Source of the DNA: an uncultured Methylomirabilota bacterium
GTDB lineage: Bacteria; Methylomirabilota; Methylomirabilia; Methylomirabilales; 2-02-FULL-66-22
Direction of reading: 5' to 3'
Assembly: GCA_963705305.1 (NCBI GenBank)
Contig: OY970067.1
Coordinates: 2,560,001 to 2,624,000 of the forward strand
DNA length: 64,000 nucleotides
Shown here: in pieces, positions 32,462 through 40,792 of the stretch
Numbering within the stretch: position 1 is the first letter of the stretch
How the letters are laid out: each line of letters opens with the position of its first letter
The notes under the pieces: model-generated
Databases searched by the model: none
Told to the model about the DNA's origin: nothing
What the model saw: only the letters and a program-made list of their open reading frames with translations
Translations under genes and position numbers: made by a program

Positions 32462-33225
32462 AGCTGACCCTGAAGATCTGGCGGCAGGCCGGTCCCACCG
32501 CGAAAGGGAAGCTGGTGGCGTACGCCGTGGACGACGTCCAGCCCGACATGTCGTTCCTGGAGGTGCTGGATGTCCTGAACCAGCGGCTCACGAGGCAGGG
32601 TGAGGTCCCTATTGCCTTCGACCACGACTGCCGGGAGGGCATCTGCGGCTCCTGCGGCGTCGTGATCGGCGGGATCGCTCACGGCCCGAGGAAGCTGACC
32701 ACCGCCTGCCAGCTCTTCCTGCGCCATTTCAAGGATGGGGACACCATCGTGGTAGAGCCGTTCCGGGTCCGGGCCTTCCCCATCATCAAGGACCTGGTGG
32801 TGGATCGGAGCGCCCTGGACCAGGTCATCTACGCGGGCGGCTTCATCTCGGCCCGGACGGGCAGCGCGCCGGAGGCGAACGCGATCCCGGTTCCCAAGAA
32901 GGCGGCTGATCTGGCCATGGATGCGGCCGCCTGCATCGGCTGCGGCGCCTGCGTGGCCGCCTGCCCCAACGGGTCGGCCATGCTGTTCACGGCGGCCAAG
33001 ATCTCCCACCTGGGACTCCTGCCCCAGGGGCAGCCCGAGCGCTACCAGCGCGCCCTCCGGATGGTGACCCGGATGCAGGAGATGGGCTTCGGCAGCTGCT
33101 CCAACCACGGGGAGTGCGAGGCAGTGTGTCCGAAGGGGGTCAGCCTGGATTTCATTGCGCGGCTGAATCGGGATTTCCTGCGAGCCAGCGTGCTCGAGGC
33201 AATGCGGCCCGTCATGGAGGTCTAG
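32458..33225 (+). CDS. sdhB: Succinate dehydrogenase/fumarate reductase Fe-S subunit
   Basis: [34 protein letters not shown]. Confidence 0.95.
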
Positions 33226-33382
33226 CTGTCACGCCGGGGTTCGCCGCCGAGGCCAGACGGGCGGCGAGTGACAAATTTCGGAGCTTGACGAGGAGGGCTT
33301 AGGGAAGTAGCAAAAGACAGGTACTGGACAGGCGAAGCCGGCTGGCGTTTCGGCAGGAGGCTAAGAATGAGGGCAAAGGGTG

Positions 33383-33425
33383 CCCCGTTGGAGGATGCGT
33401 GATCCTCCGGCGGGGTTTCTTGTTT
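33383..33425 (+). terminator. Intrinsic terminator hairpin
   Basis: 14-bp stem CCCCGTTGGAGGAT/ATCCTCCGGCGGGG (2 G-U pairs), 5-nt loop, then TTTCTTGTTT. Confidence 0.7.
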
Positions 33426-33587
33426 ATGGGGCTGAGAGGCGCGTCGGGATGACCATGTTCGAGCCGGAGAATCTTCAGGGCGGGTCGCCGGCGGGGCCGG
33501 GGCGAGTGATCGAAGAGAGCGGGAGGAGGCGACGGGGGCAAGAGACGGAGCCGAGGAACGCGCGCTCCGCTGAAGGAGGTTCGCGAG

Positions 33588-33938
33588 ATGCGAAACGGGA
33601 CGCCCGGAGAGCTGCTGGAAATGCGCACCCGCTTCGCCATAGAGCGGGCGAGTGACAGGTGGTGGCGGCGGTTCTGGCGGCGGCACCGCCTGCGGGACTT
33701 GTTCGTGTGCCTGACGGGGGCCGCGGCCCTGGTCGCCTCGGCCTTGGCATCGGTATCTCTGTATTATGCCACGGTCACGTACACGGAGTCGGTTCGCCGC
33801 GCGACGCTGGCCGATCAGCTGCGCATTGCCCAGATCCGGCATTCCATGGAGTGGCGGATGTGTCGGCAGTATCCGAAGTGGTGCGAGGCGCAGGGTCTGC
33901 CCGTGCCCCCGCGGCCCGGCCTGGTCCTGGTGAGGTGA
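33588..33938 (+). CDS. Hypothetical single-TM protein
   Basis: AAGGAGGT RBS; hydrophobic segment LFVCLTGAAALVASALASVSLYY. Confidence 0.55.
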   Translation: MRNGTPGELLEMRTRFAIERASDRWWRRFWRRHRLRDLFVCLTGAAALVASALASVSLYYATVTYTESVRRATLADQLRIAQIRHSMEWRMCRQYPKWCEAQGLPVPPRPGLVLVR

Positions 33939-34079
33939 GCACCGCAGGCCGCCGCCTGATGGCGGGGCGTGACGCGTCCGTATGGGGCCGCGCCCCGGCG
34001 GCGCGCGGTCAGGATTGAAGGAGTTGCAGATGTCTCCGGACGGGCTGAACCGCCCTGGAAGGAAATAGGGGGGATTTCG

Positions 34080-34256
34080 ATGGCGAGATCGCCAGTTTCC
34101 CAGTGCTCCAGGCACGCATCGCGGTCGTACCGGAACTGCCTCAGGTGCGACAAGAAGATTCCAAAGAGCCCCGGAAAGTTTTTGTGTGCGACCTGCCGGG
34201 CGCACAACCAGCGGATGCACGAGGCTGAATACTTCTGCGTCCTGAGCGCGCACTAG
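34080..34256 (+). CDS. Small zinc-ribbon-like protein
   Basis: 58 aa with CLRC...CATC; G-rich RBS upstream. Confidence 0.5.
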   Translation: MARSPVSQCSRHASRSYRNCLRCDKKIPKSPGKFLCATCRAHNQRMHEAEYFCVLSAH

Positions 34257-34400
34257 TTCCAACGCGAGGAAAGCCACCTCACGCAGAAACGCCGAGGGAG
34301 ACAGGGGGGAGGGGGGACACAGGCGGACGAGGGTACAACCGTACGAGGGCACAGGCGGATTGCGGTCCGGTCGGACGCTCGTACGCTGCAACGCCTTTAT

Positions 34401-35543
34401 TTACGGGAGAAACATCCGGCAGATCTCGTCGCATACGAGATATCCCCGCCGCGTGAGGCAGAGCACATCCCGGTCACGAGATGCCAGCCCCCCGGCCAGC
34501 AGTGGCTGCAGCGTCGCCCCGCACCGCGCCGCCAGGTCGTCCCCGAATTCCATGCGGAGGCGGGCCAGGTTCAGCCCGCCGCTCCGCAGTCCCAGGAAGA
34601 TCCGCTCGCGCAGCATAGTGGGCACGTCGACTCGCTCTTCACCCCCCATCGGCAGCTTGCCCCCCTGAAGCGCCGTTCGGTACGTCGCCGCATCCGCCAG
34701 GTTCCACCATCGCCGCCCGCCCGCCCCGTCCGCGTCTTTCCAGAAGGAGTGTGCCGAGGGGCCCAAGCCCAGGTAGTTCTGGTGGGACCAGTAGGCGCGG
34801 TTGTGGCGGCAGGCAAAGCTCGGCCGCGCATAGTTGCTGACCTCATAGTGCTCGAAGCCATCCGCCTCGAGGATCTCCATGGCCCGCTCGTACAGCTCCG
34901 CCTCCAGGTCCGCCGGCGCCGGCCGGACGTTCCCGGTCTCGACCAGGCGCGCCAGCGGCGTCCCGTTTTCCAGGGTGAGCGCGTAGGCGGCGATGTGCTG
35001 CGGCGCGAGAGCCGTGCCGGTCCGCAGGGTTTCCTCCCAGCGGTCCCGCGTCTGGCCGGGAATGGCATAGATGAGGTCGAGGCCGAGATTGTCGAAGCCG
35101 GCGGCGCGGGCGAGCCGGACAGCGCGGAGGGCCTCCGCCCGGTCGTGGATCCGGCCCAGGGCCTTCAGCTCGGAGTCGTGAAACGACTGGACGCCGAGGC
35201 TCAGGCGGGTGACCCCCTGCGAGCGGTAGGCCCGCAGGCTCTCCCCGGTCACCGTGCCGGGATTGGCCTCCAGCGTGATCTCCGCGTCCGGGGCGATGGC
35301 AAACGTGGCGTGAAGCCGGCGCAGGATGGCGTCGAGCTGCCGGGGGGTGAGGAGCGAGGGGGTGCCGCCGCCGAAGAAGATGGTCCCGAACGCATCCCCC
35401 GTGGCGAACTCCTCCCGGAGGGCGATCTCGCGACAGAGCGCCGCCACGAATTCCTCCGGCACCCGGCCGGCCTCGACCGAGAAGAAGTCGCAGTAGAGGC
35501 ACTTCCGCTCGCAGAAGGGGATGTGGATATACAGGGAAGCCAG
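34401..35543 (-). CDS. hemW: Radical SAM heme chaperone HemW (HemN-like)
   Basis: SLYIHIPFCERKCLYCDF upstream of the tracked ORF; FFGGGTPS, EANP, YEVSNYA, HNRAYW (HemW HNxxYW). Apparent CTG start. Confidence 0.88.
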   Translation of the reverse strand: MASLYIHIPFCERKCLYCDFFSVEAGRVPEEFVAALCREIALREEFATGDAFGTIFFGGGTPSLLTPRQLDAILRRLHATFAIAPDAEITLEANPGTVTGESLRAYRSQGVTRLSLGVQSFHDSELKALGRIHDRAEALRAVRLARAAGFDNLGLDLIYAIPGQTRDRWEETLRTGTALAPQHIAAYALTLENGTPLARLVETGNVRPAPADLEAELYERAMEILEADGFEHYEVSNYARPSFACRHNRAYWSHQNYLGLGPSAHSFWKDADGAGGRRWWNLADAATYRTALQGGKLPMGGEERVDVPTMLRERIFLGLRSGGLNLARLRMEFGDDLAARCGATLQPLLAGGLASRDRDVLCLTRRGYLVCDEICRMFLP

Positions 35544-35589
35544 GAGTCACCTCATGCGATCGGCGGTATGCGAGATCCGACCGCGGACC

Positions 35590-36291
35590 CTATAACCAAG
35601 GACCCTCTAAGAGGAGCCGGGTTTCCTCGACGGCAACCTTCCATATCGCCTCCATCTCGGCGTCTGCGCGCTGGTAATGCCCGCCGTAATTCCCATCGCC
35701 AATCAGGCTGCGCAGGGCTGCCGGATCGCACAGCCGCACGCGATCTAGGTCCACCGTGGACTTCCGCTCGGCCGGCACCGCGACGCCGGCGAGGCGGGTC
35801 CATGGGAAGTTCTCCATCCAGGAACCGTGCGAGGCCACCGAATCGACCTCCACCGCCTTGGCCCGGGTGCGCGGGGCGTTCCGCCAGTTGTGGAGGCGCA
35901 CGCGCACTCCCGAATGATCGGCCATCCACTCGCGGGCGAGCCCCTGCACGGGCGCATTCCCGCCATGGCCGTTCACCAGCAGGATGCGCCGGAAGCCGCT
36001 GCCGGCCAGGCTGTCCAGCAGGTCGCGCACGACCGCGAGGTAAGTCTCGACCCGCAGCGACACGGAGCCCGGGTAGGCCCGGAAGTAGGGGCTGATGCCG
36101 AAGGGCAGCGCGGGGTAGACGGGCACCCCCAGCGGCTCGGCCGCCTCGACCGAGACCCGCTCGGCCAGGATGGCGTCTGTGCCCAGGCTGAGAAAGGCGT
36201 GCTGCTCGGTGCTGCCGAGGGGCAGCACGGCGCGATCCTCGCGCCGGAGACTCGCCTCGATTTGCATCCAGTTCTGTTCGTAGATTCGCAT
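35590..36291 (-). CDS. Creatininase family protein
   Basis: LPLGSTEQH, LGTD, VNGHGGN, HGSWME. Confidence 0.88.
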   Translation of the reverse strand: MRIYEQNWMQIEASLRREDRAVLPLGSTEQHAFLSLGTDAILAERVSVEAAEPLGVPVYPALPFGISPYFRAYPGSVSLRVETYLAVVRDLLDSLAGSGFRRILLVNGHGGNAPVQGLAREWMADHSGVRVRLHNWRNAPRTRAKAVEVDSVASHGSWMENFPWTRLAGVAVPAERKSTVDLDRVRLCDPAALRSLIGDGNYGGHYQRADAEMEAIWKVAVEETRLLLEGPWL

Positions 36292-36436
36292 GGACTGCCT
36301 CGTGTCAGGGTGTGACGGGAAAGTCGCCGAGACGGAAAGAGGGGGATGCCCGCTTTGCTGCGAGCTCGTCCCGGCGAAATCTCAGACGGAGAAAGCATGT
36401 CCCGCCGAGGAATTCTTGTCAAGGAGGGACAGGTGA

Positions 36437-37956
36437 CCCTAATCTCCGGCTAAGCGGTGGCCAGCCGGGCGATCTTGCGCCGCGCCCGGACGAGCAAGGC
36501 ATGCTGCAGGGCGGCCGAGAGCCGCAAGAGGGTCTGCCGGGCATGCGCGACGACCTTCCCGACGGTGTTGAACAGCAGGAACCGGAGACGCTTCGGCCGG
36601 GCGGTCCGGAGATCTCCGGGTAAGGTCAACCGCTTGAGCGCGGTGAGCAGGTTGTAGGTGAGCACGTTCAGCCGGAACCAGGCGGCGTTCGCCCCGAACT
36701 TCCCACTGGGCAGCGCGGCGGCCGCCAGCTCGGTCTTGAGGACGTGATGGGTGTGCTCGATGGTCCCTGCTTTCTCCCGGTGCCACCGGAGGATCGTGAG
36801 CCCATCCTCCGGCCGATTGGTGACCACGGCGAAGTACTGCACGCTACTCCCGTCGGCGAAGAGGCTCCCCTGGCGTCGCTGGATACGCACCGCGAGGTAG
36901 CGGCGAACGCACGGCCGCGCCTTCCGGTGATCGCCATCCTCGGGGACGTAGGGGACTTCGGCCCAGGCCCGGATCGCCTCGGGCTCCTCCCGCTCGAGCT
37001 GCCAGGCGGCCGCGGGGAGGCGCCGGATCTCGGCCTGGAGCTGCGCGGACATATCGGCGCTAATCGCGTAGGCGATTTTCTTCTCCTCGCACCAGCGGAG
37101 GACCTCCGTCTCGTAGAGGGCGCTGTCGGCCCGCAGGGAGATGCGGTCCACGCCCTGGGGCAAGTTGGCCACCGCCTGTTCGAGGACGCGCACGTTGCCG
37201 CACCCGGCGGGCACCTGGCCATCGCGGAACTGGTCGTGCACGATGACATCGTGCTCGGCCCAGAGGACCACGACGGGCTGGTAGCCCCGGGTCCCGTCGT
37301 AGGCCACGGTCGCCGCGTCCTTGTGGCTCTCGACGAGCGTCGCGTCCACATCCAGGGTGGCCGTCGCCGCCCGGGCCCCGCGCTGGACGCCCGCGACCAG
37401 CGTCCGGTTCGCCTGTCCGAGGCCCGCCAAGGGGGCGGACTCCAGGGGGACCGTGGCCGCGGGCCCGGCCACCCAGAGCGGCCCGTCCTCCACGTGGAAG
37501 GCCTCGAGGAAGTCCCGGACCGTGGTCGCGGCCGGCAGGGGGTAGCCGAGCAGCGTGGCCAGGGCCTGATCCTCCCGGAGCGTCGTGAGGTCCTGGCAGC
37601 GGTCCCCGCCGCTCGTCCACAACGCGACGAGACTCTCCACGAGCTGCGAGGGGGGTAATCCGCGCTGCCGCTGCTTGACCGCAACGTGGGTGTCGACGGC
37701 CTGGGCCACCCCGAGCTGGCGGAACAGCTCGATCACGAGCGGGACCCCGGCCCGGCCCGTGACCAGCGTGGGGTCGATCGCGTCATCGATCTCGAACGGC
37801 AACCGGGGCGAGGTGTCGGGCATCGCTCTCCTCCTTGTGGTGTTTGCACCCACTGGGTGAAACCAAGCAAGGCCGATGCCAACCCCGCGGGCCGCGCGCA
37901 CTGCGGGCCGCTGCGTGATTCGCGATCCCCCTCAACTTCTTAGCCGGAGATTAGGG
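36437..37956 (-). mobile_element. IS1380-family insertion sequence, 1520 bp
   Basis: Perfect 18-bp TIRs CCCTAATCTCCGGCTAAG (36437-36454) and CTTAGCCGGAGATTAGGG (37939-37956); 5-bp direct repeat GGTGA (36432-36436 and 37957-37961). Confidence 0.92.
36450..37823 (-). CDS. IS1380-family DDE transposase
   Basis: TLDVDAT, GYQP, LRADSA, HREKAGTIE, LPSGKFGANAAW; AAGGAGGAG RBS; stop codon inside the TIR. Confidence 0.92.
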   Translation of the reverse strand: MPDTSPRLPFEIDDAIDPTLVTGRAGVPLVIELFRQLGVAQAVDTHVAVKQRQRGLPPSQLVESLVALWTSGGDRCQDLTTLREDQALATLLGYPLPAATTVRDFLEAFHVEDGPLWVAGPAATVPLESAPLAGLGQANRTLVAGVQRGARAATATLDVDATLVESHKDAATVAYDGTRGYQPVVVLWAEHDVIVHDQFRDGQVPAGCGNVRVLEQAVANLPQGVDRISLRADSALYETEVLRWCEEKKIAYAISADMSAQLQAEIRRLPAAAWQLEREEPEAIRAWAEVPYVPEDGDHRKARPCVRRYLAVRIQRRQGSLFADGSSVQYFAVVTNRPEDGLTILRWHREKAGTIEHTHHVLKTELAAAALPSGKFGANAAWFRLNVLTYNLLTALKRLTLPGDLRTARPKRLRFLLFNTVGKVVAHARQTLLRLSAALQHALLVRARRKIARLATA

Positions 37957-37961
37957 GGTGA

Positions 37962-38111
37962 CCTTAATCTCCGGATAACGTCGCAGGGCAGTAACGCACC
38001 CGTGTGGCGCCCGCAATCATGGCCGCGGGGCTGGCTGCCCGCATCGGACCTGGCTGCACCCGATGGGCGGCGCCCCGCAGAGGCGATGGACGCGTTAGCC
38101 GGAGATTTGGG
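37962..38111. mobile_element. 150-bp MITE with IS1380-like ends
   Basis: Ends CCTTAATCTCCGGATAACG and CGTTAGCCGGAGATTTGGG resemble the adjacent IS TIRs; flanked by GGTGA on both sides (37957-37961, 38112-38116). Confidence 0.8.
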
Positions 38112-38400
38112 GGTGAGGCCACTCCTTCCGCCTTTACCTTTCCCGTCTCGCGGGAGCAAGCGTTCCAGCAAGATGGTCAGGGAACGCCGCCGGCCGATAG
38201 CCTTCCGGAAATGGGTGACCTCCGGGGGGGTCATCCTGTCTGCGGAGCTTTCGCGGGAATGGGGCGGTTCCGGAAGGCGCCGATTATCCGCGGTCCCGAG
38301 CAAGGAGAATAAAGAAGCAACGCTTTCCTCGGAAAGGGGGGCCGCGCGGGCCGCTGCTCCGGCCGCGGTCGCGCGGCCTCCCCTGTGAAGGACTCAAAGG

Positions 38401-38829
38401 TCACGATTCGGGGGTGTGCTTCCCGCACATGGCGCGGCCCAGCGACGCCTTGCCCGAGCCTAGCAGCAGCAGAGCCACGTTGGCCGCCAAGAGGGTCAGA
38501 GCGAACTCGAACCCCCTGGGCAGGAAGAATCCGTTCGGCAGGTGGACCGTGAGGATGGCCACCAGCATGTCCACGGCCAGCAGGGCAGCGGCCCAGCGCG
38601 TGAACAGGCCGAAGACCAGCGCCAGGCCGCCCAGGAACTCGACGAGCGTGACGACGACCCCCGACAGCATGGGTAGCGGGATGCCGACGCTTGCCATGAA
38701 GGCGGCCACCCCGGCGAACCCCCGAAAGAAAAGCTTCTGCCCGCCGTGCATGAGGAAGACCACCCCGATCACCACGCGCAGCACGGTGATCCCCCAATCC
38801 TGCCACCGGTTCGACATATCCGTCCTCAT
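38401..38829 (-). CDS. DoxX family membrane protein
   Basis: LRVVIGVVFLMHGGQKL, EFLGGL, GFEFAL. Confidence 0.9.
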   Translation of the reverse strand: MRTDMSNRWQDWGITVLRVVIGVVFLMHGGQKLFFRGFAGVAAFMASVGIPLPMLSGVVVTLVEFLGGLALVFGLFTRWAAALLAVDMLVAILTVHLPNGFFLPRGFEFALTLLAANVALLLLGSGKASLGRAMCGKHTPES

Positions 38830-38904
38830 GGAGACTCCTTTCCTCTGCTCAAAACCCCTCACGGATCCGGGGATCCGCCGGGGGCGGCCGCTCCGGGCCT
38901 CGGT

Positions 38905-39603
38905 TCAGGGAAGATCCAGCAGGAGCACCTCGCTATCCTCCGCGGCCTCCAGGGTCAGCGTCCGCTCGTCGGCAATGCGCGCCTGGTCGCCGGCCGCGAG
39001 CGGCATTCCGTTCAGTCGCAGGCCGCCCGCGATCACAAAGAGGTAGGCGCGGCGGCCCTCGCCGCCGGCGTGCGTCGTAGTTTGGCCGGCCCGGAGGGAT
39101 GACACGTACATCGCGGCATCCTGGTCGATGGCCAGCGTCCCCGGGACGTCGCCCGACGACACGACCGGCAGCAGCCTCCCGGCTTTCTCCGGCGCCGTGA
39201 AGGCCCGCTGCTCCCAGCGGGGCGTCCGGCCTTTGGTGCGAGGCATGATCCAGAGCTGGAGCAGATGGACCGGGCGCTCCTTCGAATGGTTGTACTCGGA
39301 GTGGACGATGCCCGTCCCGGCCACCATGACCTGCACCTCTCCCGGCCGGATGACGCCCACGTTGCCGCGATTATCGCGATGTTCCAGCTCTCCGTCTAGG
39401 AGGTAGGTGATGATCTCCATGTCCCGGTGCGGGTGAAAGCCGAAGCCCTGGCCGGGCTGGATCACGTCATCGTTGAAGACCCGGAGGGGACCCCACTGCA
39501 TGTTGGCGGGGTCGTAGTACTCCGAGAAGGAGAAATGCCAGAACGTCGACAGCCATCCCATGTCCGCGTGATATCGCTCTCCTGATTTGATCACCTTGAT
39601 CAT
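38905..39603 (-). CDS. Pirin family protein (YhhW-like)
   Basis: WHFSF, LRVFNDD, GFGFHPHRDMEI, HSEYN, LQLWI. Confidence 0.92.
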   Translation of the reverse strand: MIKVIKSGERYHADMGWLSTFWHFSFSEYYDPANMQWGPLRVFNDDVIQPGQGFGFHPHRDMEIITYLLDGELEHRDNRGNVGVIRPGEVQVMVAGTGIVHSEYNHSKERPVHLLQLWIMPRTKGRTPRWEQRAFTAPEKAGRLLPVVSSGDVPGTLAIDQDAAMYVSSLRAGQTTTHAGGEGRRAYLFVIAGGLRLNGMPLAAGDQARIADERTLTLEAAEDSEVLLLDLP

Positions 39604-39730
39604 CGGTTCCCCCTCCCATTCCCCTTTCTTGCGAAGCCGAACACCGCCGCCGGCGGTGCCTCTCGGCGGAGGCGCGTTGCCTTCGCGGGCCCCGCCGCAT
39701 GAGGGGTCGGATCCTAAAACAGGCACGTAG

Positions 39731-39750
39731 GTAGTCGTTGCAACAAGTAT
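39731..39750. promoter_or_regulatory. Probable second MarR operator, upstream of pirin
   Basis: GTAGTCGTTGCAACAAGTAT matches the 40246-40265 palindrome at 15/20 positions. Confidence 0.55.
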
Positions 39751-39763
39751 CCGGCGAAAAAAA

Positions 39764-40235
39764 TCAGCCCGCCCGGCTGCGCGCCGTCTCCAGAATCTCC
39801 AAGAGTCCCCGGAGCCTGGGCTCCCCGAGATGGCTCAACTGCCGGACATGAACATCGGCAATGGGCTGGTCCAGATCACCCAGGATGCGCAATCCCTCGT
39901 CGGTGATGCGAGTGGTGATGACCCGCCGGTCCTCCCGTTCTCTGGTTCGCGCCACCAAGCCGCGCTTTTCCAGCCGATCCAGCAGCCGGGTGACGTTCCG
40001 GGTCTCGCGTTATCATCCGCTCGCCGATCTCCCGGCAGGCCAGCCCGCCGGGTCCTGCCCCGCGGAGGATCCGCAGGACGTTGTACTGGGTCGGGGAGAG
40101 GCCCGCGGGCTTGAGGGCTTCTGCGACCCCCTGAAACAGGAGGTCCGACATACGAGCGATGCTGACAAAAGCCTCTTCCTCCAGTCGCCGAATCGGCCTC
40201 GACTGCTTGATCTGCGACTGCAGCTTCCGTGTCAT
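39764..40235 (-). CDS. MarR family regulator; +1 frameshift near 39996, probably a sequence error
   Basis: GLSPTQYNVLRILRG...MITRDP, then DVTRLLDRLEKRGLV...DRRV after removing one base. Confidence 0.88.
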
Positions 40236-40242
40236 GAAAAGT

Positions 40243-40271
40243 AATATAGTCGTTATAACGACTATTGTCAA
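40243..40271 (-). promoter_or_regulatory. Sigma-70 promoter with an embedded 20-bp palindromic operator; leaderless marR
   Basis: TTGACA-N17-TATATT-N7-ATG; perfect palindrome ATAGTCGTTATAACGACTAT at 40246-40265. Confidence 0.75.
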
Positions 40272-40352
40272 GAGGTATGCCTTCTTCGTCGAATCCCCGG
40301 GGAATGGAGTCGGCGGGGGGGTGAACGCGGGACGGGCCCGGGCTCCCGGAGC

Positions 40353-40763
40353 TTAGGGCTGCATCTGGTTCGCCCGATCCAGGATGGTCGCGACGCGCTT
40401 CTCCAGGACGTCCAGATCGACCGGCTTTTCCAGGAAGTCGCTCACCGGCAGCCAATCATCGTCGATGTCTTTGGCGCTGAACCCGAGAGGGAACTTGGTG
40501 TTGACGGCGGTCAACATCAGGATGGGGATCTGCTTGAGGCCCTCGTGCTTCTTGCGCATGGCGCGGGCCAAGTCGAAGCCGGCGGTGCTGCTCTCGGGAA
40601 ACATCACATCCAGGACGACCAGGTCCGGGTGTCGCCCCTCCATGCCGCGAACGGCAGAGGGAATGTCCAGCGCCATTTCCACCTCGTGTCCGGCGCCGCG
40701 CAACACGGTCGCAGCGGCCGTGGCAAAATCCTCGTCGTCGTCCACCACCAAGATGTAGGCCAT
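40353..40763 (-). CDS. Single-domain response regulator
   Basis: MAYILVVDDDEDF, LVVLDVMFP, FLEKP. Confidence 0.88.
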   Translation of the reverse strand: MAYILVVDDDEDFATAAATVLRGAGHEVEMALDIPSAVRGMEGRHPDLVVLDVMFPESSTAGFDLARAMRKKHEGLKQIPILMLTAVNTKFPLGFSAKDIDDDWLPVSDFLEKPVDLDVLEKRVATILDRANQMQP

Positions 40764-40792
40764 CGCATCTGCTCCTTTCCTGTGTCCCCGCC

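Noticed and set aside
33360..33420. c-di-GMP-I riboswitch suggested by GGCAAA
   Set aside because: The GNRA-capped P2 and the downstream GCAAAG/P3 elements are missing.
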